Virus record (IMG/VR): IMGVR_UViG_3300025437_000009
Strand: one strand, 5' to 3'
From: a virus
Lineage: Duplodnaviria > Caudoviricetes
Length of the DNA: 64,000 nt
This document shows, piece after piece, positions 18,788 to 26,630 of this stretch. Both the position numbers and the translations under genes were made by a program. The notes under the pieces are model-generated. The model was given only the letters and a program-made list of their open reading frames with translations, had not been told where the DNA came from and did not search any database. Numbering within the stretch: the first letter of the stretch is position 1; each line of letters begins with the position of its first letter.

Positions 18788-19055
18788 ATATTTTTGACCA
18801 TTCAACTAATTTTTGACTCTTACGCAACTGCGCCGCACGCAATTCTGCATCTGTATATACCTGATGTGCTTTGAGCAATTCTATTAATAGTGTAACATCT
18901 CCTAGCTCTTGAGTCAAGTGTTCTCTTTGGGTACCACCGTCTTTGTACCGATTTTCCATACCAAAGCGGCGGCATTTACTAATAGCCTGTATAACCTCAG
19001 CACACTCCTCTTGGAGTATGTCTAAGATTTCATTAACCTTCGAAGAGGTCTTCAT
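18777..19055 (-). CDS. MazG-like NTP pyrophosphohydrolase
   Basis: LQEECAEVIQAISK...ELGDV acidic motif. Confidence 0.75.
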   Translation of the reverse strand: MKTSSKVNEILDILQEECAEVIQAISKCRRFGMENRYKDGGTQREHLTQELGDVTLLIELLKAHQVYTDAELRAAQLRKSQKLVEWSKIYED

Positions 19056-19539
19056 TCCACTCACGATGTCCTTCACGGAACGCCATATTGCTTTGTGTTT
19101 CACGTACTTCTACACGATAACACCAAAGTCGATCAGCTTCTGCTTGACCCCACATGTCGGGAATATAAACTCCGTTTACAAACTTGTATAGTTGATCGGC
19201 TAGACCTTCACAACCTAGTTTAGGTAGGACGGTTAGTTTAGCTAGATTCTTTTCTTGCAATAATTTGTATGTTTCAAGCTCAGGATCATCCTCGGCTACT
19301 AATAATGTATGATCAAATTGACTTTCAAGAATGCCTTTGAGTTCTTTAAGACCGCCGTAGTCGGCAGCCCAATTACGCACATCTAGGTCATCTGTACCAA
19401 AGTAAAATTTCATACTAAACGAATAGCCGTGAATTAAGTTACAGTGACTATCAGCTCGCCATTGGCGATATGCACAGGGAAATGCATCGTGATACTCTTT
19501 AGTACTTGTGTACTTGTACTGCCTAGATTGGTTTGCCAT
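19033..19539 (-). CDS. queD: 6-carboxy-5,6,7,8-tetrahydropterin synthase
   Basis: CNLIHGYSF, DYGGLK, FDHTLL, VRETQSN. Confidence 0.93.
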   Translation of the reverse strand: MANQSRQYKYTSTKEYHDAFPCAYRQWRADSHCNLIHGYSFSMKFYFGTDDLDVRNWAADYGGLKELKGILESQFDHTLLVAEDDPELETYKLLQEKNLAKLTVLPKLGCEGLADQLYKFVNGVYIPDMWGQAEADRLWCYRVEVRETQSNMAFREGHREWNEDLFEG

Positions 19540-19544
19540 TATAA

Positions 19545-19612
19545 ATCTCCTATGTTAATTATAGCATAGGCGGCAGAATTTGTAAAGCGGGATGACGCCG
19601 AAAGGCCGCTGA
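19545..19612 (-). ncRNA. Candidate cis-regulatory RNA (preQ1-I-like pseudoknot plus anti-SD hairpin) in the queD leader
   Basis: AGCGG/CCGCU stem; loop GGCG or CGGCG pairs with downstream UGCCGCC; CCUAUG/CAUAGG hairpin covers the SD AGGAG. Confidence 0.5.
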
Positions 19613-19626
19613 TTTTGGGAATATAA

Positions 19627-19806
19627 CTATTTATCTTGCGCAACTGGTGGTGAAACATTTGTGTCCACTTTAGTTGTATCAATTCCCATCTTTTTAGATA
19701 AGTATGGATCGATGTAAGGTTTATTAACAGTTTCATCTGCAACATTCCACCCCACGGCACTGACAAATCCTACTAATAACCAAGTTCCAATAAGTTCGAG
19801 TATCAA
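19627..19806 (-). CDS. Small membrane protein (59 aa, TTG start, not in the ORF track)
   Basis: MILELIGTWLLVGFVSAVGWNVADETVNKPYIDPYLSKKMG...; its stop overlaps TAAATA at 19628-19633. Confidence 0.5.
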   Translation of the reverse strand: MILELIGTWLLVGFVSAVGWNVADETVNKPYIDPYLSKKMGIDTTKVDTNVSPPVAQDK

Positions 19807-20364
19807 TTAACGCCACCACTCTTCCCAGGGGAACACAGCCCACTGTGGTTCTTCATTTTTGTTAATACTTAGACCCATGTAATCCACATCTTTGAATTCA
19901 CTAGCTTCATTATTGATTAGTACAGCAAAGCGTACATTATTACCAAATACATTTGCCCAACGTGAATTATCTGGCAGACAACTTGATTGCCAATCTTTTC
20001 GAATCCAGTTAAGGGTAGCACCCGTGTCGTTGATGTCATCTACTATGAGAATATTTTTAGCATGTAGGCTAAAATCAAACGCACCATCTCCGCCTAAGGC
20101 TTTATAACTTCCATCAATCCAGCCAAATGCATCTTCGGCCATCCACAAGTTAGATTCTGGCCCAGCAAGGTCGTCGCGGAAACTTACTTTAAGTGTTTCC
20201 ATTGGTACATCTAAGTATTGACTCAGCATGTTAGCAGGAACTAGACCGCCACGTGTAAGACCTACAACGTAATCGGGCTTCCAACCATCGGCATTCATTG
20301 CACGAATAATTTCGTGTATCCAACCTTTAACAGTTGATTCTTTATAAAATACTTTTCTAGACAT
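19807..20364 (-). CDS. Purine phosphoribosyltransferase (Gpt/Hpt-like, type I PRTase)
   Basis: VVGLTRGGLVPA, PRPP loop ILIVDDINDTGAT, VFPWE. Confidence 0.88.
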   Translation of the reverse strand: MSRKVFYKESTVKGWIHEIIRAMNADGWKPDYVVGLTRGGLVPANMLSQYLDVPMETLKVSFRDDLAGPESNLWMAEDAFGWIDGSYKALGGDGAFDFSLHAKNILIVDDINDTGATLNWIRKDWQSSCLPDNSRWANVFGNNVRFAVLINNEASEFKDVDYMGLSINKNEEPQWAVFPWEEWWR

Positions 20365-20680
20365 ATTGTTCTGCTTCTTTTAAATTATGTGATTGTACGT
20401 GATCTATAAACTTTAATAAAAACATGCTTGCTGTACTTGCATCGGCACCATCAAAACGGATTAGTGTTAGATTAGTCCCATCTTTAGTTACATAACTAGG
20501 CTTTGCTTTACCGTATTGTACTTGTTTTATAGTATGTTCGCGACCTCGCCAGTCATATTCTTTAAGCATTGTGGCTTTTCCGCCAATCATGTTAAACCAC
20601 TCGCCCATTTCATCGGAGAGTTCTTTTACATAAAACCGAATTTCATAAGCTACCCGACATCCTGGTGGTAATTGAATCAT
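20357..20680 (-). CDS. Hypothetical protein
   Basis: 107-aa ORF. Confidence 0.7.
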   Translation of the reverse strand: MIQLPPGCRVAYEIRFYVKELSDEMGEWFNMIGGKATMLKEYDWRGREHTIKQVQYGKAKPSYVTKDGTNLTLIRFDGADASTASMFLLKFIDHVQSHNLKEAEQYV

Positions 20681-21030
20681 TGTTCTTCTGTTAAAGTTAA
20701 TACCATTTTAAGTTGTTCTTGTGCTAGTTCATACTTGGCCAGTGCATCTGCTACAGTAGCATTTTTAGCCGCAAGTTCTTTGATCTTTGATTCTTCAGAC
20801 ATTTTCTTTTGGCACCAATCTAGGGCACTAATAGCTGCACCGCTTAGGCTAACTTCAGCACTGGTACCAAACTGAATCCAAGTGCTTCCATTAAACACTT
20901 CCATATTATTACCATTCATACGAATCATGCCAGTGGCTGGATTATTATGGTCAGGGTAAATGTACGGACTGTTATTAAATCCTGAGACATTTAAATATCC
21001 TGAAGTATTGGAATAGATGCTGTTAATCAT
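20677..21030 (-). CDS. Hypothetical protein
   Basis: 117-aa ORF with coiled-coil C-terminus. Confidence 0.7.
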   Translation of the reverse strand: MINSIYSNTSGYLNVSGFNNSPYIYPDHNNPATGMIRMNGNNMEVFNGSTWIQFGTSAEVSLSGAAISALDWCQKKMSEESKIKELAAKNATVADALAKYELAQEQLKMVLTLTEEQ

Positions 21031-21254
21031 TTTTCAATATCCCGCAAACGAATACTTAAATCGCGAACATCGGTAATAAGTTGATTTTCGATCTTACTTA
21101 CAAGTTTTTTTAGTCGAGCGAGTCTGACGTGAGCATACACGATCGCAACAACTACGGCAGTAAAGGTCAATCCCCACCCAGCAATAATACCAACAATCCA
21201 AGACCAAAGGCCATTTACTTCACCAACTAAAGTTTGTATAGTTTGTGCTATCAT
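21027..21254 (-). CDS. Small membrane protein
   Basis: TM helix plus coiled coil. Confidence 0.6.
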   Translation of the reverse strand: MIAQTIQTLVGEVNGLWSWIVGIIAGWGLTFTAVVVAIVYAHVRLARLKKLVSKIENQLITDVRDLSIRLRDIEK

Positions 21255-21580
21255 GATCGTAATTTGCTCATAGTAATAATTTTGCCTAGTTCTCTATCAA
21301 AGTCGCTACCATCTGGGATAATGTATAACTCGCCGTTGTTATAATCATTTGTTTGCATCTGTATAATAGTGCCACCATTGGCTGGGGTAATTTTAATAGT
21401 CATTGTTTGACTAGACTGCGGTGCTTGTGCAACCCCATATCCAGCTGGATTAATATTAATAGTTCCTGGTGTGCCACCTAAGGTGTATGACATTGGTTTT
21501 TTATCTTTCTCTATTATAATTCTACCTGCCGCTAACCAGTTTAGTATACTGATGCGGAAATTCTTGAACCATAGCGTCAT
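21251..21580 (-). CDS. Hypothetical protein, paralog of 21577-21849
   Basis: PANGGTIIQ...IIPDGSD...GKIITM.KLRS. Confidence 0.7.
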   Translation of the reverse strand: MTLWFKNFRISILNWLAAGRIIIEKDKKPMSYTLGGTPGTININPAGYGVAQAPQSSQTMTIKITPANGGTIIQMQTNDYNNGELYIIPDGSDFDRELGKIITMSKLRS

Positions 21581-21849
21581 GAACGCAATAATTCCATGCT
21601 AACAATCTGACCAATACGTTCGCTAATATCTTCGCCGTCGGGGATAACGTGTGTGATATGATTGTTGCGATCAGTCTTGCGATCGTAGCAACGAATCTGT
21701 ACTACAGTTCCACCCTGTGCTGGCATAACATTAAATGACAAGCCTTCTACATCAACAGATCTAGAACCTACTACTACATCTTGCACAGGTTGACAGCTAT
21801 TCCAATCGTCACGAACCCATTTAACTACAATTTTCTTTAGCCATTTCAT
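21577..21849 (-). CDS. Hypothetical protein, paralog of 21251-21580
   Basis: PAQGGTVVQ...VIPDGED...GQIVSMELLRS. Confidence 0.7.
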   Translation of the reverse strand: MKWLKKIVVKWVRDDWNSCQPVQDVVVGSRSVDVEGLSFNVMPAQGGTVVQIRCYDRKTDRNNHITHVIPDGEDISERIGQIVSMELLRS

Positions 21850-21947
21850 CTTGGAGCAAAGTCCTGTTGTAATTTGATATTGTCCATAAACTCTTTTTTG
21901 GTTCCTGGATCTGTGTTGAATGCACCTTTTAATACTGTGGTTTTCAT
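21846..21947 (-). pseudogene. Stranded duplicate of the folE 3' end (33 codons)
   Basis: MKTTVLKGAFNTDPGTKKEFMDNIKLQQDFAPR versus the folE end TQTTVLRGAFLKDPATKKEFFDNIALQSRNGK. Confidence 0.88.
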
Positions 21948-23200
21948 ATCAACTCCCAAAAATGTATTTCACACAGGCCGCGATGATAGCAAATCTCATC
22001 AAGCCCAAAGTCCAGGTATTAGTCCAGAACTTTACTCGTTCCGCAAATTCATACTGTTCAAGAATGTTCATTTTTCTTTGCCTCTCTTATTTAATATCCC
22101 AAATACCTTTTATGTGTTTAATAACTGTTTGACAGGATTTGACTAATTCTTTATTTGTTGGTGTGCATTGTTGTTCAAATTCAATAATGCCTTCCATTCG
22201 TTGAATAGCAAATTCATCCATAAAGTGTGTAAGGCTTGTATGTTTGTCGTAATGAATTGTTTTCATTTCTCTTGTGCCTTTCTTATAATTGGTCTAAGCA
22301 TAAACACCCATACAGCGTGACTAACCCACCCAACAATGATACCCCAAACGAATGCGTTCATTCTTCAACTCCGAAATGTTTAATACCACTGTTTTTACAG
22401 CAACCAATTTTAACTTTAATCATAAATAAATTATACAGCAATCCTATAGGAAAGTCAATGTTTTTAGATAACAAATATACTAAAGTTTATTACCAAATTA
22501 TTAATCGAGCATTAACACGACCATACAAAAAAGTAAAGAATGATGGATATCAAAAACATCATATTGTTCCAAAATGTATTGGAGGCACTGATTCTACTGA
22601 TAATCTTGTAATACTCAGTTATAAAGAACATAGAGTATGCCATTGTTTACTGATCAAAATGCAACTTACAAAATCAGCAGAAATCAAAATGCGACACGCC
22701 TACGGATTTTTTAATAAGAGTAGCAGATATAATGGGCCACGATATAAACGAGGGAAAGACAATATATTTTCTACTAAGGAAATCGTCGATCAAGTTCGTA
22801 AGCGTATGAAAGAAAACAATCCAATGAAGGATCCACTCTCTCAACAAAAAAGAGTCGATACCTGGAGAGCAAATAGAGCCGCACGAGATTACATTCCGCC
22901 GCGAGTCCTTAAGGACAAATTCATTACGCCAAGCGGCATTTTCAAAACCAAAAAAGAAATACAAAAAGTTGTAGGTATTCCAGAATGGACACTAAACACT
23001 ATCTACAACGATTTAGATGCTTACCCTGTTACAAACGGCAGGGCAAGCAAAAAAATCAATCACTTAAATATCGATCCAACAAAAACTTGGAGAGACAATG
23101 GGTTTGGATTACTTGCCGTTTCTTGATTGTAACGCAATATTGTCAAAGAATTCTTTTTTGGTAGCAGGATCTTTAAGGAATGCTCCGCGAAGAACAGTAG
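21948..23200. mobile_element. Insertion carrying an HNH endonuclease, four small ORFs and a replacement folE 3' end
   Basis: Bounded by the two copies of the folE C-terminal coding sequence. Small minus-strand ORFs at 21949-22071, 22087-22266, 22263-22361 and 22358-22423. The right boundary is approximate. Confidence 0.65.
22458..23126 (+). CDS. HNH homing endonuclease
   Basis: YQKHHIVPKCIGGTDSTDNLVILSYKEHRVCH; basic C-terminal DNA-binding region; TAAATA at 22423-22428; convergent overlap with folE. Confidence 0.88.
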   Translation: MFLDNKYTKVYYQIINRALTRPYKKVKNDGYQKHHIVPKCIGGTDSTDNLVILSYKEHRVCHCLLIKMQLTKSAEIKMRHAYGFFNKSSRYNGPRYKRGKDNIFSTKEIVDQVRKRMKENNPMKDPLSQQKRVDTWRANRAARDYIPPRVLKDKFITPSGIFKTKKEIQKVVGIPEWTLNTIYNDLDAYPVTNGRASKKINHLNIDPTKTWRDNGFGLLAVS

Positions 23201-23912
23201 TTTGAGTCAAAGAGCTGTGTGCCATTATGCCCCTATTGGTGCAACAACCATGTTCACATTCTATATATACACCAATGTTATCGGAATCAGTGGCCTTGCT
23301 TATTTCACGTGCTATATCGTTACATAGCTCTTCTTGTAAAGTACCACGGCGAGCACACCATTGAGCAATGCGAGTATACTTGCTAAGACCAATAAGTTTG
23401 TTTGCGGCAATGATCCCAATATAAGCCACTCCACTAACTGGCTGATGATGATGGCTACACATACTACGAAGTTCAGAGCGTACAACCAACATACCCTCGT
23501 ATCTATCTTCACTGTCGTTTGGAAACGCTGTGGCGTCTGGTCTTGGTGCATATCTACCTTCCATAATTTCATTAAAATACATCTTGGCCAAGCGACGTGC
23601 TGTGCCTTGGCTATTTGGATCAGTTTCTCGATCGATTAATAGGGTATCTAGCACTTGCTCAAACGCTTCTGTAGCTTCATTAATAAGAATTTCTTTATCG
23701 CTTTCGCTTACATAATCACTGATATTGTCTCCAGCCCAGAAACGTTTCTTGTCACGCTTCATATTGAAACGGATAGCATCAGCAAGATTTGCTTCTTCAT
23801 ATCCTTTGTCGCTCATATTCATTGCGGCATCTTCATATCCAGGATGATATGGTGCTTCTTGTACTAGTAAATCTGCTATTTTTTGTTCTTCTGGTGATGC
23901 GTAGTTAGGCAT
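23109..23912 (-). CDS. folE: GTP cyclohydrolase I
   Basis: SMCSHHHQP, IGLSKYTRI, LQEEL, HGCCTNRG; likely start MPNYASP at 23912. Confidence 0.95.
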   Translation of the reverse strand: MPNYASPEEQKIADLLVQEAPYHPGYEDAAMNMSDKGYEEANLADAIRFNMKRDKKRFWAGDNISDYVSESDKEILINEATEAFEQVLDTLLIDRETDPNSQGTARRLAKMYFNEIMEGRYAPRPDATAFPNDSEDRYEGMLVVRSELRSMCSHHHQPVSGVAYIGIIAANKLIGLSKYTRIAQWCARRGTLQEELCNDIAREISKATDSDNIGVYIECEHGCCTNRGIMAHSSLTQTTVLRGAFLKDPATKKEFFDNIALQSRNGK

Positions 23913-23952
23913 TCGTTTCTCCGAGTTAGTGTCGTGGATGACTTTATTGTAT

Positions 23953-23981
23953 ATTATAAGGTATTTAGATCTGTGTGTCAA
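23953..23981 (-). promoter_or_regulatory. Dual promoter: consensus sigma70 with TAAATA inside the spacer
   Basis: TTGACA(23981-23976)-17-TATAAT(23958-23953); TAAATA at 23967-23962. Confidence 0.8.
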
Positions 23982-24022
23982 ATATAATTAAATTTATTTG
24001 TCCATTAACGGTTAAATACAGA

Positions 24023-25102
24023 ATGAAACGAGCTGTACTCTGCGTACCCAATCCACAAGACTATATTGATCAATGCAACAATTATAGCATCATGATCATT
24101 AATCCTCAAGCACCTGTTGCTCGAAATCAATACCTATTGGCCAAAAGCGACTACAGTCTATTGATCACAGAACATGGTGTGGAAGAACGTGACGGGCAAG
24201 ACTACCCAAATGAACGTTTACTTTGGTATACTAGCGGAACTACAGGTGACAGTAAATTTTGCAGTTTTAGTCAGGAACAATTAGACATACTGGCACGTAA
24301 AATCTGCAACACTTATCAAATTACAGCCAATGATCGATATGTGAGTATTATGAGTCTATGGCACGCACACGGACAGGGCTTTTACTGGGCTACCCGACTA
24401 GCTGGTTGTGAAACTCATTTTTTATCAGTTGCAAATATTCGGCACATGCCAGAATTTGATCCCACATTTGTTACTGCTATACCCGATGTACTAAAGACTA
24501 TTGGACAGTTTGATTTTAAAAGCCTACGTTTCCTACGTGGTGCTAGTTCAGCTCTTCCTAATCAATTGTATCTTGATCTAAAACACAAATTTGGGGTTCC
24601 TGTAATAGAAGCATTTGGCATGACCGAAGCACTGAGTCACTGTTTTACTAACCCTTTAGATGGAGAACAGCGCATAGGTACTGTGGGACTACCAGATGGC
24701 ATAGAAGCTGATATAGTCGAAGGACGTTTATATATTAGTGGCGCTACTGTTTTTACTGATGGTTGGTACGATACCGGAGATCTAGCTGATAGAGATGAAC
24801 AAGGCTACTATCGTATACTAGGACGGCATCGTGATCAAATCAATGTTCGCGGGATTAAAGTAAATCCTATTAGTATTGAAAATCAATTAGTACACTCAAT
24901 TCCAACTATAGGTGACTGTGCAGTATTTGGCAGTGACAGTTTAAAGTGTATCTATACAGGAGATACTGATCCCGAGGTAGTTAGAAAATTTTTGATCAGT
25001 TTAGGACAACAATGCAAACCCATGCTACTACAACACGTGGCTCAAATACCAGTTAGTCCTTCGGGGAAGATTTCAAGGACTTGGCTCAATGGCCAATATT
25101 AA
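24023..25102 (+). CDS. AMP-dependent acyl-CoA synthetase/ligase (compact)
   Basis: YTSGTTGDSK, EAFGMTE, GWYDTGD, GRHRDQINVRG, SGKI; likely start 24023. Confidence 0.88.
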   Translation: MKRAVLCVPNPQDYIDQCNNYSIMIINPQAPVARNQYLLAKSDYSLLITEHGVEERDGQDYPNERLLWYTSGTTGDSKFCSFSQEQLDILARKICNTYQITANDRYVSIMSLWHAHGQGFYWATRLAGCETHFLSVANIRHMPEFDPTFVTAIPDVLKTIGQFDFKSLRFLRGASSALPNQLYLDLKHKFGVPVIEAFGMTEALSHCFTNPLDGEQRIGTVGLPDGIEADIVEGRLYISGATVFTDGWYDTGDLADRDEQGYYRILGRHRDQINVRGIKVNPISIENQLVHSIPTIGDCAVFGSDSLKCIYTGDTDPEVVRKFLISLGQQCKPMLLQHVAQIPVSPSGKISRTWLNGQY

Positions 25103-25667
25103 GTAGTCTTAGATCGGGATACGGGTAGGCTTTTGGCGATTCTGCTACCTGTGGTAGTCGTTCTAAACCTAGTTGACAAGTTTCTAAAGTAGGACAATAG
25201 TGGTAACCTTGACTGAATGTCTTTTGATCTTGCCAAGGAGTGATACGTAAATCTCTACCATCACTACGCATACGACTCAATGCTTCATACGCAGTCGAAT
25301 CATCTAATAGTATAGCACCAGCTTTGCCTAGCTCTAGAGGTTTACCGTGACCAAAGCTCAGACATTGCATAGCACCCGGCCGATACATACCACGTTCTAG
25401 TCTACGGGCACTATCCCAGATGTTGGTTTTATAAAATTCATATTCACCCGTCCATTCGTCATCTGTTAGGCGATAATGAATGTTTAATTGATTCAACAGT
25501 TGGGGAATACTAAGATATGTCTGTGCGGGGAATTGGCAGTATCTGACTCGACGGTATCTAAAACACAGTTCAAGAGCATGAGTGCAACCATCAGTTGCCA
25601 CTGCATAGGGAGCACCGGTATATTCAGCTAGTGCAGATTCAAAGTCGAATAGTGTTTGGAAACTCAT
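25086..25667 (-). CDS. Short DegT/DnrJ/EryC1-like PLP aminotransferase
   Basis: FESALAEYTGAPYAVATDGCTHAL, DSAR, SFGHGKPL. Confidence 0.7.
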   Translation of the reverse strand: MSFQTLFDFESALAEYTGAPYAVATDGCTHALELCFRYRRVRYCQFPAQTYLSIPQLLNQLNIHYRLTDDEWTGEYEFYKTNIWDSARRLERGMYRPGAMQCLSFGHGKPLELGKAGAILLDDSTAYEALSRMRSDGRDLRITPWQDQKTFSQGYHYCPTLETCQLGLERLPQVAESPKAYPYPDLRLLNIGH

Positions 25668-26023
25668 TCTGATAGGTGATCTTTTTTGATTTCACGTACT
25701 GAGCACCCTAGTTTTTCTGCTATTAGATTTTTAAGTGCCACACGACGATTATTATGATCACGGATACTAATAGCACGACGTCCAATTTCTTCTAGACTTA
25801 ATTCAGCTTCTCGACCAGTTTTAAGTTCTGCTTCTAAATCCCAAATCTCATGGTGTATTTGTTTGAGTTGCTCGTATTCATCTACGATAAGACTAATGTC
25901 AATACGTAAGGCTTGATTCATGTACCATAACAATTCTTCTTCATTGGCTTTAGTACGTTTAAATTTTACTTCTGCAATAGCTAGTCTATCAACTAGTTCG
26001 ATAATAGGAAATACGGGGGTCAT
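25664..26023 (-). CDS. Hypothetical helical protein
   Basis: 119-aa ORF. Confidence 0.7.
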   Translation of the reverse strand: MTPVFPIIELVDRLAIAEVKFKRTKANEEELLWYMNQALRIDISLIVDEYEQLKQIHHEIWDLEAELKTGREAELSLEEIGRRAISIRDHNNRRVALKNLIAEKLGCSVREIKKDHLSE

Positions 26024-26026
26024 TGG

Positions 26027-26236
26027 TTATTGATCGTTTTCTGGCTGTCCGCCTGTACAAGATCCGCCTTCAAACCAAAGCCCTTGGGCTTCTTTTTGAT
26101 ATTGTGCTAGATCATATTCGTCTTTTTTACGCTTATACTCATCTTCAGTGAGAGCATGCCACCCACAGCACTTACCTATTGGGCTACGGCCGCAACCACA
26201 GCCACCAAAATTATCGTTACTTGTTCTTACTTGCAT
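26027..26236 (-). CDS. CDGSH-like iron-sulfur domain protein
   Basis: CGCGRSPIGKCCGWH resembles the CDGSH 3Cys-1His motif. Confidence 0.6.
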   Translation of the reverse strand: MQVRTSNDNFGGCGCGRSPIGKCCGWHALTEDEYKRKKDEYDLAQYQKEAQGLWFEGGSCTGGQPENDQ

Positions 26237-26429
26237 TTTTTAATTTCCAAATGGTTTCTTTAGCTTCTTGCAAATCTGTAAAAAGACTATCGTTTAGATT
26301 TTTAGCAACAGCTAGTTCTTCTCGAAGTTTTTGTTCACTATCTGTAATTTTTGGAGTTTCATTTTTGTCACTAACTCTACCAGCAACAAACCCGCAAAAA
26401 AGTGCAACAACAAATAATAATACGCTCAT
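26217..26429 (-). CDS. Small membrane-anchored coiled-coil protein
   Basis: MSVLLFVVALFCGFVAG after SD GGAGA. Confidence 0.6.
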   Translation of the reverse strand: MSVLLFVVALFCGFVAGRVSDKNETPKITDSEQKLREELAVAKNLNDSLFTDLQEAKETIWKLKNASKNK

Positions 26430-26629
26430 TGAGGTTTCTCCTTTAATCCTCGCCATTTTTCAATTTTTATTACTGTTTCCCAGCCCTTTTTCTTGGACCA
26501 AGTTTCTCTGTGCGGCCAAGGCCAATGTGCAGTCATTACATCATACTCGCCTTCGTTGACTGGATCGACGTCGCCAGGAAACCAATCGGTTAATAAGGAT
26601 TCAAGATCTTCGGTGGTAAAGGTTGTCAC
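26426..26629 (-). CDS. Hypothetical protein
   Basis: 67-aa Trp-rich ORF. Confidence 0.6.
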   Translation of the reverse strand: MTTFTTEDLESLLTDWFPGDVDPVNEGEYDVMTAHWPWPHRETWSKKKGWETVIKIEKWRGLKEKPQ

Positions 26630-26630
26630 A

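Noticed and set aside
19586-19612. Plus-strand GCC-GAAA-GGC with GATGA read as a hammerhead, HDV-like ribozyme or k-turn
   Set aside because: No CUGANGA core or HDV P3/L3. The promoter and SD logic favour the minus strand, although the strand should be tested.
19539-19766. 75-aa ORF upstream of queD
   Set aside because: It runs through the structured leader; a better TM-containing gene occupies 19627-19806 in another frame.
21948-23200. Group I intron in folE
   Set aside because: The upstream folE copy is complete with its own stop, the HNH gene is antisense, and I saw no P7-like conserved elements.
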